Both the position numbers and the translations under genes were made by a program. A stretch of 16,212 bases of DNA. It comes from Candidatus Hadarchaeota archaeon. GTDB taxonomy: Archaea; CAYQAE01; CAYVLA01. Location: assembly GCA_964452145.1 (NCBI GenBank), contig CAYVLA010000072.1:1-16212 (forward strand), read 5' to 3'. Below, piece after piece: positions 7,527-15,271 of this stretch. Below the pieces are notes generated by a model, which worked only from the letters and a program-made list of their open reading frames with translations, ran no database searches and had not been told where the DNA came from. The first letter of the stretch is position 1, and each line of letters opens with the position of its first letter.

Positions 7527-8945
7527 TCATATTTGCTTCCCTCCGGTCTTCCGGCCCCGGACAAGGTACTCGTGCATCGCCTTGGCGGCTAGCCGCCCCG
7601 CTCCCATGGCGGCTATGACCGTCGCCTCTCCCGTGACTATGTCTCCCCCGGCAAAGACGCCGCTCTTGCTAGTCTGCCCGGTCTCGGGGTCGGCGGCGAT
7701 GTAACCCCACTCGCTGGTCTCAAGGTCCTTCGTGGTAGAGGCTATGAGGGGGTTGGCTCCCTGCCCTATGGCGACAACGACGGTGTCGACCTCCTTCAAA
7801 AACTCAGAGCCCGGTATCGGGATGGGTCTTCTTCGGCCCGAGCTGTCCGGCTCCCCAAGCTCCATCCTGATGCACTCCATGGCCCTCAGCCGGCCTCGCT
7901 CGTCCCCGACGTAGCGAACCGGGGCTGCGAGGAACTCGAACCGTATGCCTTCCTCCTCGGCGTTCTCCACCTCCTCCGCTCTGGCCGGCATCTCGGCCCT
8001 AGTCCTTCTATACACCACGGTGACCTCCTCGGCTCCGTAGCGGAGCGCCGACCTCGCCGAGTCCATGGTTACGTTGCCCCCGCCGATGACGGCCACCCTC
8101 CTTCCGACCTTGATAGGGGTATCGTAGTCGGGGAACTTGTAGGCCTTCATGAGGTTGGTTCGGGTCAGGAACTCGTTGGCCGAGTAGATTCCGGAGAGGT
8201 TCTCGCCCGGAATGCCCATGAACTTGGGGAGTCCCGCCCCCGTTCCGATGAAGACGGCGTCGTATCCCGATGCAAGCATATCGTCCACGGAGGCGGTTCT
8301 GCCTACTATGAAGCTGGTTCGTGTCTCGACTCCGAGCTCCTTCAGTGCGTCGATTTCCCTCTGGACGATGGCCTTGGGTAAGCGGAATTCAGGGATGCCG
8401 TAGACAAGGACTCCGCCTGGCTTGTGCAGGGCTTCGAAGATGGTTACCCTGTGCCCCAGTCGCGCCAGGTCCCCGGCGACGGTCAGGCTGGCCGGTCCAG
8501 AGCCAACCACGGCAACCCTCCTTCCGGTTGGGGGGGCCACGGATGGGATGCTCACCCTGCCGGCCTTGGCCTCCCAGTCGGCAACGAACCGCTCAAGTCT
8601 TCCTATGGCCACTGGCTCACCCCTCCTGCCGAGCACGCAGAGCTGCTCGCACTGGGTCTCCTGAGGGCAGACACGCCCGCAGATGGCGGGGAAGACGTTC
8701 TTGTCCTTCACCTTGGCTGCGGCGCTCTGGAAGTCACCCTCGGCGATCAGGCTGACGAAGCCCGGGATGTCGATCTCCACAGGGCATCCTTGGATGCACT
8801 TGGGCTTCTTGCATCCCAGGCATCTCGATGCTTCCGTCCGGGCCTCCTCCGGTCCATAGCCCAGAGCCACCTCATCGAAGTTCCTGGCGCGTTCCGGGGG
8901 ACTCTGCTTGGGCATGGGGGTCTTGGTCTTGCGGGGGGCGGGCAT
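7527..8945 (-). CDS. nfnB: NfnB / SudA large subunit (GltD-like Fe-S flavoprotein) of NADH-dependent ferredoxin:NADP+ oxidoreductase
   Basis: RCLGCKKPKCIQGCP and CGRVCPQETQCEQLC Fe-S motifs; GSGPA and GGGNVTMD nucleotide-binding motifs; YGIPEFRLPK; GVFAGGD. Start reset to ATG 8945, 4 nt after the nfnA stop. Confidence 0.93.
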   Translation of the reverse strand: MPAPRKTKTPMPKQSPPERARNFDEVALGYGPEEARTEASRCLGCKKPKCIQGCPVEIDIPGFVSLIAEGDFQSAAAKVKDKNVFPAICGRVCPQETQCEQLCVLGRRGEPVAIGRLERFVADWEAKAGRVSIPSVAPPTGRRVAVVGSGPASLTVAGDLARLGHRVTIFEALHKPGGVLVYGIPEFRLPKAIVQREIDALKELGVETRTSFIVGRTASVDDMLASGYDAVFIGTGAGLPKFMGIPGENLSGIYSANEFLTRTNLMKAYKFPDYDTPIKVGRRVAVIGGGNVTMDSARSALRYGAEEVTVVYRRTRAEMPARAEEVENAEEEGIRFEFLAAPVRYVGDERGRLRAMECIRMELGEPDSSGRRRPIPIPGSEFLKEVDTVVVAIGQGANPLIASTTKDLETSEWGYIAADPETGQTSKSGVFAGGDIVTGEATVIAAMGAGRLAAKAMHEYLVRGRKTGGKQI

Positions 8946-8949
8946 TCGA

Positions 8950-9771
8950 TCACGCACTGCATCGTTCCATGGCACACTTCTCCTCCTCTAGGTAGAAGCG
9001 TTGCCTCTTGATGAGGAGGTCGAAGTCGACCAGGTGGGCATCAAACTCGGGGCCGTCGACGCAGGCGAACTTGGTCTCTCCGCCGACCTCGACCCTGCAA
9101 CCCCCGCACATCCCGGTAGCGTCGACCATTATGGGGTTCAGGCTGACCACCGTCTTGATGGCGTGAGGACGCGTTGCCTCCGCGACGGCCCTCATCATGA
9201 CGGCAGGTCCCACCGCGTATACGAAGTCAATCCTGCGCCCGGAGACTATGAGCTCCCGCAGAACATCGGTGACCAGGCCCTTCCTTCCGTACGTGCCGTC
9301 GTCGGTGGTGATGTAGAGCTCGTCCGAAATCTTCCGGAAATCCGCCTCCAGAATGACCAGGTCCTTGGTTCTCGCGCCCACTATGGAGATGACGGCGTTT
9401 CCCGCCTCTTTGAGCGCCTTGGCAACCGGGAGCGCGCAGGCCGAGCCGATTCCGCCCCCCACTATGACGCAGGTGCCGTAGAGCTCTATCTCGGATGGTC
9501 GTCCCAGCGGCCCGGCCACATCCAGGATATCATCTCCGATTGAGAGCCTGCCCAGAAGCGTTGTGCTCTTGCCAATCTCGAGAAAGACCAGGGTTATCGT
9601 GCCCTCTTGAGGGTCGGCATCCTGTATGGTGAGCGGTATACGCTCGCCCTCCTCATTTACCCTGATGATGACGAACTGGCCAGGGAGAGCTCTGCGGGCG
9701 ATCTCGGGGGCCGAGAGCTTGATCCTCTTCATCCTTTCGGCGAGGACCTCCTTGCTGACTACCTCGCTCAT
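8950..9771 (-). CDS. nfnA: NfnA / SudB small subunit (PyrK-like FAD and [2Fe-2S] protein)
   Basis: PGQFVIIR, ERIPLTI, GGGIG, TDDGTYG, MVDATGMCGGCRV, CVDGPEFD. Start reset to ATG 9771 (MSEVVSKEVL). Confidence 0.93.
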   Translation of the reverse strand: MSEVVSKEVLAERMKRIKLSAPEIARRALPGQFVIIRVNEEGERIPLTIQDADPQEGTITLVFLEIGKSTTLLGRLSIGDDILDVAGPLGRPSEIELYGTCVIVGGGIGSACALPVAKALKEAGNAVISIVGARTKDLVILEADFRKISDELYITTDDGTYGRKGLVTDVLRELIVSGRRIDFVYAVGPAVMMRAVAEATRPHAIKTVVSLNPIMVDATGMCGGCRVEVGGETKFACVDGPEFDAHLVDFDLLIKRQRFYLEEEKCAMERCSA

Positions 9772-9806
9772 GGGGTTCGTCCGCGATGCGACGCTGAAAT
9801 GTGTTC

Positions 9807-10133
9807 TCAGGAAGCCGATGGCTTTCGGGATGTCTTGGAGCGCTCCTCCCGAGAACCGATGGCAAAGGCTGCATCCTGAATCCGCGGCGATCGACACCGG
9901 GGGCATCTCCTGGGGGAGGAGATCTTGGAGGACGGGAAGGCAAACCCGCACACGGCACAGAATGCCCGCCTGACCAAGAGGGACTGCCCTCGGGCCTTGA
10001 GCGTCTTGGCGATGTGCTCTAAGTCACAAGAGATGGTCCTTTCGTGGAATCCGGTGACCGCCGATATCTCGCTCGCCGTCATGGCATGGTCGGCTGAACG
10101 AAGGACTTCGACTATCACGCTCCTTCTTGACAT
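9807..10133 (-). CDS. Archaeal transcriptional regulator, HTH fused to Zn ribbon (COG3357-like)
   Basis: RRSVIVEVL...MTASEIS...DLEHIAKTL followed by CAVCGFAF...PRRCPRCRSPRI; SD GGTGGA upstream. Confidence 0.85.
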   Translation of the reverse strand: MSRRSVIVEVLRSADHAMTASEISAVTGFHERTISCDLEHIAKTLKARGQSLLVRRAFCAVCGFAFPSSKISSPRRCPRCRSPRIQDAAFAIGSREERSKTSRKPSAS

Positions 10134-10176
10134 CGATTGTCCACCGGGTGAATCGCTGGGAAACCATTAGGATTAG

Positions 10177-10321
10177 TAGCCCGGCTCGGATTCGAATTCC
10201 CCGGAAGCTTGGGACCCAAGCCTCCTCCGAGGTCTCGGGCTTTCCACCGGTCTGGGACCGACCAAAGGCCCGAATGATTGACCGCTACACTCGGCGGGAG
10301 TGCTTCACCCTCCACCGGGCT
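10177..10321 (-). tRNA. trnQ-UUG: tRNA-Gln(UUG) with three introns: 10/11 (10290-10311, 22 nt), 37/38 (10242-10261, 20 nt), 53/54 (10197-10226, 30 nt)
   Basis: Spliced product is 73 nt: AGCCCGG TG GTGTAGCGGTCAATCAT TCGGGC CTTTGGA GCCCGA GAC CTCGG TTCGAAT CCGAG CCGGGCT A. Perfect acceptor, anticodon and T stems; A1-U72 pair typical of archaeal tRNA-Gln; anticodon TTG at 10265-10263; each junction folds into a BHB-type motif. Confidence 0.93.
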
Positions 10322-10351
10322 TTCCGGGCTATCTCGGATCGGGCCGAAGTT

Positions 10352-10359
10352 CTAATAAA
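10352..10359 (-). promoter_or_regulatory. TATA box of tRNA-Gln
   Basis: Minus-strand TTTATTAG; standard spacing predicts a TSS near 10330. Confidence 0.65.
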
Positions 10360-10387
10360 TCTCTCATCAAGGGCGGATCCGGAAATC

Positions 10388-10395
10388 AATAAATA
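10388..10395 (+). promoter_or_regulatory. BRE/TATA of the rpa operon, divergent from tRNA-Gln
   Basis: GGAAATC-AATAAATA; predicted TSS near 10418-10421. Confidence 0.55.
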
Positions 10396-10453
10396 CCAAG
10401 GGCAGGGAAGGCCCACCGAGTTGGACGTTGAGACGAAGCGGGACACAAAGTAC

Positions 10454-11491
10454 ATGGCCGACCTAGCCAAGAGGGTTATGGAGAAGGCAGGCTACACCGC
10501 GCAGGAGCTTGCCGAGGAGATGGAGAAGAGGAAGGCTGAGTACGACATGCTCACCGATGAGGGCGCCTTGACCCTTATCGCTAACGAGCTTGGTGTGGTG
10601 GAGCTGCCCGAGGAACCCCCAACGACCAGGATAGGCGACCTGAAGGCTGGCATGCAGGATCTCGACGTTGTTGGCAAGGTGGTCCGGATCAACCCTCCCA
10701 GGGAGTTCACCCGCAGGGACGGCTCCACGGGCTGTGTTTGTAGCTTGGTCCTGGCTGACAAGACGGGCTCGGTGCGCGTGACTCTGTGGGACCGGGAATG
10801 CAGACTTCTGGAGGAGGTAGAAGAGCAGGACGTCCTCAAAGTCCTTGGCGGGGTGTGTCGCTCGGGGTTGAGGGGATGCGAGATCCATACCGCCAGAAGG
10901 GCCAGGTTCGTCCCCAACCCCTCGGTCGCCGAGGATCCCAGGGTGGGCGATCTGGACTCTGTAGCATCCGTCGTGGAGGCTCCCGCCCTGAGGAAGAGGA
11001 TTCCAGACCTAGGTGATGGTGATGCCAACGTTGAGATCAGGGGCACTCTGGTGAGGCTATACCGGGTTTGGACCTATGATGCCTGCCCGAAATGCGGAAG
11101 GAAGGTGTCGGAGGGGCTGTGTGGTGTGTGCGGGGTGGTGGAACCCGTACGGAGGGCAATCCTTGACCTGGGCATCGATGACTCCGCCGGGTTTATGAGG
11201 GCAAAGCTTTTCGGGGAGGTGGCCGAGCAGCTGCTGGGGGTCAAGGCCTCAGAGATCGGCTGCGCCCTTGATGTCATGATCGAAAGGGGGATGGAGAGAA
11301 GAAGAGCATCTGAGGAGTACCTCAACCGTAAGCATGCAGATCTTCTGGGGAGGGAGCTCGTGCTCAGAGGAAGGGTCGGCATCGATGAGTACCTTGGCAT
11401 GGTTATGTCGGTCGATGACGTCAGAGATCCCGACCCGGTGGAGGAGGCCCGAATGGTCCTGAGGGAGGTGGGGCTCGGACTTGGTCGATGA
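10454..11491 (+). CDS. rpa1: Replication protein A large subunit (Rpa1 / RPA41-like): helical N-domain, OB fold, Zn-finger OB fold
   Basis: EGALTLIANELGV N-domain; VVGKVVRINPPREFTRRDG...LADKTGSVRVTLWD OB fold; YDACPKCGRKV...CGVCG Zn finger; IDDSAG. Start ATG 10454 or leaderless TTG 10421; the ORF-track extension to 10127 runs antisense over tRNA-Gln. Confidence 0.9.
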   Translation: MADLAKRVMEKAGYTAQELAEEMEKRKAEYDMLTDEGALTLIANELGVVELPEEPPTTRIGDLKAGMQDLDVVGKVVRINPPREFTRRDGSTGCVCSLVLADKTGSVRVTLWDRECRLLEEVEEQDVLKVLGGVCRSGLRGCEIHTARRARFVPNPSVAEDPRVGDLDSVASVVEAPALRKRIPDLGDGDANVEIRGTLVRLYRVWTYDACPKCGRKVSEGLCGVCGVVEPVRRAILDLGIDDSAGFMRAKLFGEVAEQLLGVKASEIGCALDVMIERGMERRRASEEYLNRKHADLLGRELVLRGRVGIDEYLGMVMSVDDVRDPDPVEEARMVLREVGLGLGR

Positions 11492-11849
11492 TGACAAAGG
11501 CGGACGAGTGCGGGCCCAGTCGCTTGACCACGCGGCCGAGAGGCAGGTGAGTCAGATCATGCTCGAGCAGGGCTGGGTCAGCCTCATCGGGACCGTCATC
11601 TCCAGAAACGCGGGGCAAGCCTCGTTTACCCTAGACGACGGAACCGGACAGGTGATCGTTAGGGCGCCGAAGATACCCGAGCTGGGCAGCCTTGTGCGGG
11701 TGATGGGCATGATGCTCAGAGGGGAGTCCGGAGTGGTTCTGGACTCCTCGATCATCCAGGATCTCTGCGGCTTCGATGTAGATCTATACCGCGGGGTGAA
11801 GCAAGTGGAGGAGAGCGTATTCAGTCAAGAAGAAGGCTCCCATCGATGA
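11481..11849 (+). CDS. rpa3: Replication protein A small subunit (Rpa3 / RPA14-like)
   Basis: 122 aa single OB fold: VSLIGTV, FTLDDGTG, GSLVRVMG, IIQDL plus C-terminal helix; TTG start behind SD GGAGGTG (11464-11470). Confidence 0.88.
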   Translation: MVDDDKGGRVRAQSLDHAAERQVSQIMLEQGWVSLIGTVISRNAGQASFTLDDGTGQVIVRAPKIPELGSLVRVMGMMLRGESGVVLDSSIIQDLCGFDVDLYRGVKQVEESVFSQEEGSHR

Positions 11850-12562
11850 GGGTGCGCCTGGGTGATGTCCTCTCCTCCGAGTTCGTGAGGAGCGAGAGCG
11901 ATTTCGAGCCCAACTACGTTCTGACCAGGCTTAAGTCCAGAATCCACAGAGTCAAGGTTGTTGGCACCGTGAGATCCGTCCCTTTTTTCGGTCAGGACGG
12001 GACCTACGCCCGGTTCCAGCTGGACGACTCCACAGGGGTGATCTGGGTGTCCGCCTTCCATTCGCGCGTCGCGATCGTCGAGAACCTGGCTCAGGGGGAC
12101 ATGGTCCAGCTCGTCGGCACCGTGAACGAGTACCAGGGCAATCTGGAGATAGTTGCCGAGTGCGTGTGGAAGGTTCACCCCAACTTCTGGCTTCTGCATC
12201 GGGCCGAGGTGGTGCGATCCGAGCTTGAGAACCGCAAGGCCTATGAGATGGCTAGATCGGTAGCCGTCCATGAGAGGAACCTCATCGAGGCCGGGGAGGT
12301 TGCCCGGGAGATAGGCCTCGACGCGGAGACGGTGGAATCGCTTCACCGGGAGGCCGGAGAGGAGGAGGCCCAGGAGGACATAGCCTCGGAGATCCTTGAC
12401 GCCATTTCTAGGCTCGACGCGGGGGGCGGCGTGGCCGCGAAGGATATTCTGGATGGCCTCAAGGGTACGCACTCCCGAGAGGATGTGGAGAGGGAGCTGT
12501 CCAGGCTAATGGATGAGGGCGAGATCTACGAGCCCACCGTGGGGAGGTTTTCCAAGATCTGA
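11846..12562 (+). CDS. rpa2: Replication protein A middle subunit (Rpa2 / RPA32-like): OB fold plus C-terminal winged helix
   Basis: SDFEPNYVLT, RVKVVGTV, FQLDDSTG, KVHPNFWLLHR, C-terminal LMDEGEIYEPTVG. True start may be ATT 11819 (see findings). Confidence 0.9.
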   Translation: MRVRLGDVLSSEFVRSESDFEPNYVLTRLKSRIHRVKVVGTVRSVPFFGQDGTYARFQLDDSTGVIWVSAFHSRVAIVENLAQGDMVQLVGTVNEYQGNLEIVAECVWKVHPNFWLLHRAEVVRSELENRKAYEMARSVAVHERNLIEAGEVAREIGLDAETVESLHREAGEEEAQEDIASEILDAISRLDAGGGVAAKDILDGLKGTHSREDVERELSRLMDEGEIYEPTVGRFSKI

Positions 12563-12623
12563 TCCAACCGTCCCCACAGCGTTCCCCGAAGGAGCCAAGC
12601 GAAGGCCTTGGTGTGGCGTGACC

Positions 12624-13043
12624 TCAGTCGGTCAGCCTTTCGATGCCCTCGATTCCGTCAAGATGCTTGTCAAAGGAGTATGTCTTGGAAATGCCCCTTT
12701 GCCTCATGAGCACCACGGCCAATGCATCGTTTGGTCCGATCTCTCGCTGACGGGCTAGATCTAGTGCTAGAAGGTAGTCGGGGGCGGTGGGTTCGAGCAT
12801 GAGTATGTTGTCGCTGCCAAGAATGCTTGTGAGAAGCTCAGAAAGCCTTGCGATGGCCATGCCGGGCTCCAGCACGTTTGCGACCTCGCTGACGTGGATA
12901 AGGGATGTGGCCACAGGTTCACCTTCCTCGATCCGACGGACCATGTTCTTGGCCCTCTTCTTGATCTCCATCGCGTGGCTATCGAGCTTCCTCTCTGGGG
13001 AAAGGAATGCGTATACGAACACGTTGGCGTCGACGTATATCAT
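12624..13043 (-). CDS. vapC: VapC PIN-domain toxin
   Basis: MIYVDANVF, HVSEV, NDAL, YSFDKHLD acidic residues of PIN domains; ATGA overlap with the upstream gene. Confidence 0.92.
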   Translation of the reverse strand: MIYVDANVFVYAFLSPERKLDSHAMEIKKRAKNMVRRIEEGEPVATSLIHVSEVANVLEPGMAIARLSELLTSILGSDNILMLEPTAPDYLLALDLARQREIGPNDALAVVLMRQRGISKTYSFDKHLDGIEGIERLTD

Positions 13044-13273
13044 CTCTTGGATCCCGGCCTTCGGCTTTCGATCTCTGCCTTGAGTTTGTGGTAGTCGGAG
13101 AACTCCGCGACATCGATCCTCGCTTCGTCGAAGAAATCCGTCAGTCTCGAGCTCGGCCGGGGGATGACCTTCAGTTCATCGCCCTTGTCGAGGACCCATA
13201 CTTTGCGACCCCGCCACGGCTTGGGCAAGACTATGCGTCCGTATGAGTCGATTTCTTTTGCTTCAACCGTCAT
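13040..13273 (-). CDS. vapB: AbrB/MazE/SpoVT-type antitoxin (VapB)
   Basis: 77 aa; EIDSYGRIVLPKPWR...ELKVIP swapped-hairpin signature; translationally coupled to vapC. Confidence 0.88.
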   Translation of the reverse strand: MTVEAKEIDSYGRIVLPKPWRGRKVWVLDKGDELKVIPRPSSRLTDFFDEARIDVAEFSDYHKLKAEIESRRPGSKR

Positions 13274-13302
13274 CCTGCATCAGAAAGCTATTGGTGGCAC
13301 GA

Positions 13303-13310
13303 AATAAAAA
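13303..13310 (-). promoter_or_regulatory. TATA box of vapBC
   Basis: Minus-strand GCAAAA-TTTTTATT, 30-37 nt upstream of the vapB ATG (leaderless or very short leader). Confidence 0.65.
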
Positions 13311-13427
13311 TTTTGCCCGCATGCGGCGTTCATGGCAGGAACGCGGGTCGGCGACAAAACTCGACTTCTTTGGATGGACCCCCTGCTATTGGTTTCACCG
13401 GAACAAGGCGATTACACGGTCAAGCTG

Positions 13428-13631
13428 CTAGGCTCCCTGGGTGCGGGCAGAGATAGGCAGGCCACCTGCAGCATCCATGATTTTTGCCAGGGGCATCGAC
13501 AAAACACCGTTCCCAGCACCCCAGTCAAGAATGATCCTAGTATCGTGAGGATGTCTCTCCGACTTCCGCCACCACAATGCCCGGTTGTTGGCTTTCTGAG
13601 CTCCGATCTCGTCAACCTTCGCATCCACCAT
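13428..13631 (-). pseudogene. Remnant of a class I SAM-dependent methyltransferase
   Basis: 67-aa ORF carrying motif I (IILDWGAGNGVLSMPLAK) and stopping shortly after; the rest of the fold is absent. Confidence 0.45.
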
Positions 13632-13807
13632 CTATCGATAGCATACTCAGGCAATCAACATTCCAAAGAACATCCTCCGCATCGCTGATTCTCCGAGTCT
13701 TTATATGATGAGTCACGACACGGAGGAGACAAGCACGCTGCCATGGGACGGGCACATCTTGGCTGGGATCCGGCCACCCGCAAAGGCCCCCGGGCGCACC
13801 AACCGCA

Positions 13808-15271
13808 TCAGGCCAATTGTAGCTCCCTTAGCCGAGACGGATCTCCCAGGTAGAATCCCCTGCCCAAGAGTTTTCGCTGGAGGGCCTTGATGTCAAGCTC
13901 CCTGGGGGCCACCTTCTGGGCCGCACACATAGCGGCGGCGATGCCCCCAACCTCACCCATGTGCTTGACGGCCATCCGGTTCCGAAGCAGGGTGTCAGGG
14001 ATGCCCGATGCACTTCTCCCCACGCACAGGAGACCGTCTATCTCCCTAGGGACCATCACGCGGTACGGCATGTCCGCCCATCGACATTCGCCCTCCTCGC
14101 AGGTGTGCCTCAGGGCGCGGAACTCGCCGTAAAGGTAGATGACGTCGTCGAATCGGCGTGCGGCCCTGCAATCATCCATCGTTAGGGTGTATTCGCCCTG
14201 GATGCAGGGACCTCCTCTCGCCCCGATGAAGGGGGCTATGGTGAGCAGGTACGCGTTCTCAAAGCCCGGCATGTTATCTCGGTAAAGCTGTACGTGTTCG
14301 AACACGTATGTGCGAAGCCTCGACTCCAAGAGGGAGACGTGAGCGGCGTCCCCGACATCGATCTCCTCCACCCGCTCGGGAGAGGCCAAGCCCCACGCCA
14401 GATTCTCGCCAGCGATCCTTGAGAAGGAGATCCTCGTCTCGATCTCTTTGCCATTGATGGCAATGTCCTGCCTGGCGTACTTGCCAGCCTCATGCTCTTT
14501 CTTCATGAAGCTGAGTATCGCGGAACCCGAAAACCTCCTCGCCCTGTTTGGTCCGAGGTGCTCCTCGGCCCATGCGACCTCTGCATCAGTCGGCTTGTGG
14601 TTCGATTCATACTCCTGGAAGCGTTCCCAATCGATCCCCCCCACGATGAACGAGAGCCCCACCCCAGTCGGTGAATGCCCGTCAACCTCCTGGTACTCCT
14701 GTTTGGGATACAGGATGGGAGCCCCCGCCCGCCTGGCGACATCGGCGTCTCCCGTCGCGTCGATGACGATCTCGGCCTTCACGGCCCGCCGGCCTGACTT
14801 CCCCTCAATGAAGATGCCCTTGACGTTCCTGCCCTCCACGATGGGGTCCGCCGCATATGCGGACAGGATGAGTTGGACTCCGGCCTCATGGAGCATCTTC
14901 ATCATGACATAGCACGCGATCCCCGAATCCCTCGGGTAGTGACACCCACTGTATGGAGGAATGCATCCGCCTCCCAGTGCGGCGTGGCGCTCGATGAACT
15001 CCTTGGCCAGACCCATGAAGCCCGGGTAGACCGAGGCCTGATAAGGCGCTCTAGGATGGGGCTGGCCGCTGGCGAGAGTCCCCTGGCAGATCATGCCTGG
15101 TCCAATGTTGCCCCCAACGAAGCCGAAACGATCGATGAGCACAGTGGTCGCGCCGGCCCTCGCGGCCCCGATGGCTGCAAAGACCCCCGATACTCCGGCT
15201 CCAACAACCGCAACATCTGCTTCGTGGGAGACCGGTACCCTCTTGCTGGGTTCAAGAACGAAGCCCTGCAC
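13808..15271 (-). CDS. FAD-dependent oxidoreductase (FAD_oxidored / PF12831-like), substrate unknown
   Basis: DVAVVGAGVSGVFAAIGAARAG, IDRFGFVGG, IDATGDADVA, PGFENAYL, PYRVMVP, GLLCVGRSAS, MGEVGGIAAA. Start reset to GTG 15271 (MQGFVLEPSKRVPV). Confidence 0.9.
   Translation of the reverse strand: MQGFVLEPSKRVPVSHEADVAVVGAGVSGVFAAIGAARAGATTVLIDRFGFVGGNIGPGMICQGTLASGQPHPRAPYQASVYPGFMGLAKEFIERHAALGGGCIPPYSGCHYPRDSGIACYVMMKMLHEAGVQLILSAYAADPIVEGRNVKGIFIEGKSGRRAVKAEIVIDATGDADVARRAGAPILYPKQEYQEVDGHSPTGVGLSFIVGGIDWERFQEYESNHKPTDAEVAWAEEHLGPNRARRFSGSAILSFMKKEHEAGKYARQDIAINGKEIETRISFSRIAGENLAWGLASPERVEEIDVGDAAHVSLLESRLRTYVFEHVQLYRDNMPGFENAYLLTIAPFIGARGGPCIQGEYTLTMDDCRAARRFDDVIYLYGEFRALRHTCEEGECRWADMPYRVMVPREIDGLLCVGRSASGIPDTLLRNRMAVKHMGEVGGIAAAMCAAQKVAPRELDIKALQRKLLGRGFYLGDPSRLRELQLA

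Noticed and set aside
7527..8945. Glutamate synthase (gltA/gltD) annotation
   Set aside because: No GltB domains in the window and the gene is paired with a PyrK-like subunit, which indicates NfnAB/SudAB.
10315..10323. A fourth, 9-nt intron in tRNA-Gln between the two AGCCCGG copies
   Set aside because: The would-be central helix GCCC/GCCC cannot pair and 9 nt is too short; treated as leader.
10127..10420. N-terminal extension of the 454-aa RPA ORF and the 10115-10315 minus ORF
   Set aside because: They overlie the tRNA-Gln gene and promoters; Rpa1 similarity begins only near 10421-10454.
13705..13770. C/D box sRNA starting at ATGATGA
   Set aside because: No CTGA D box at a suitable distance downstream.
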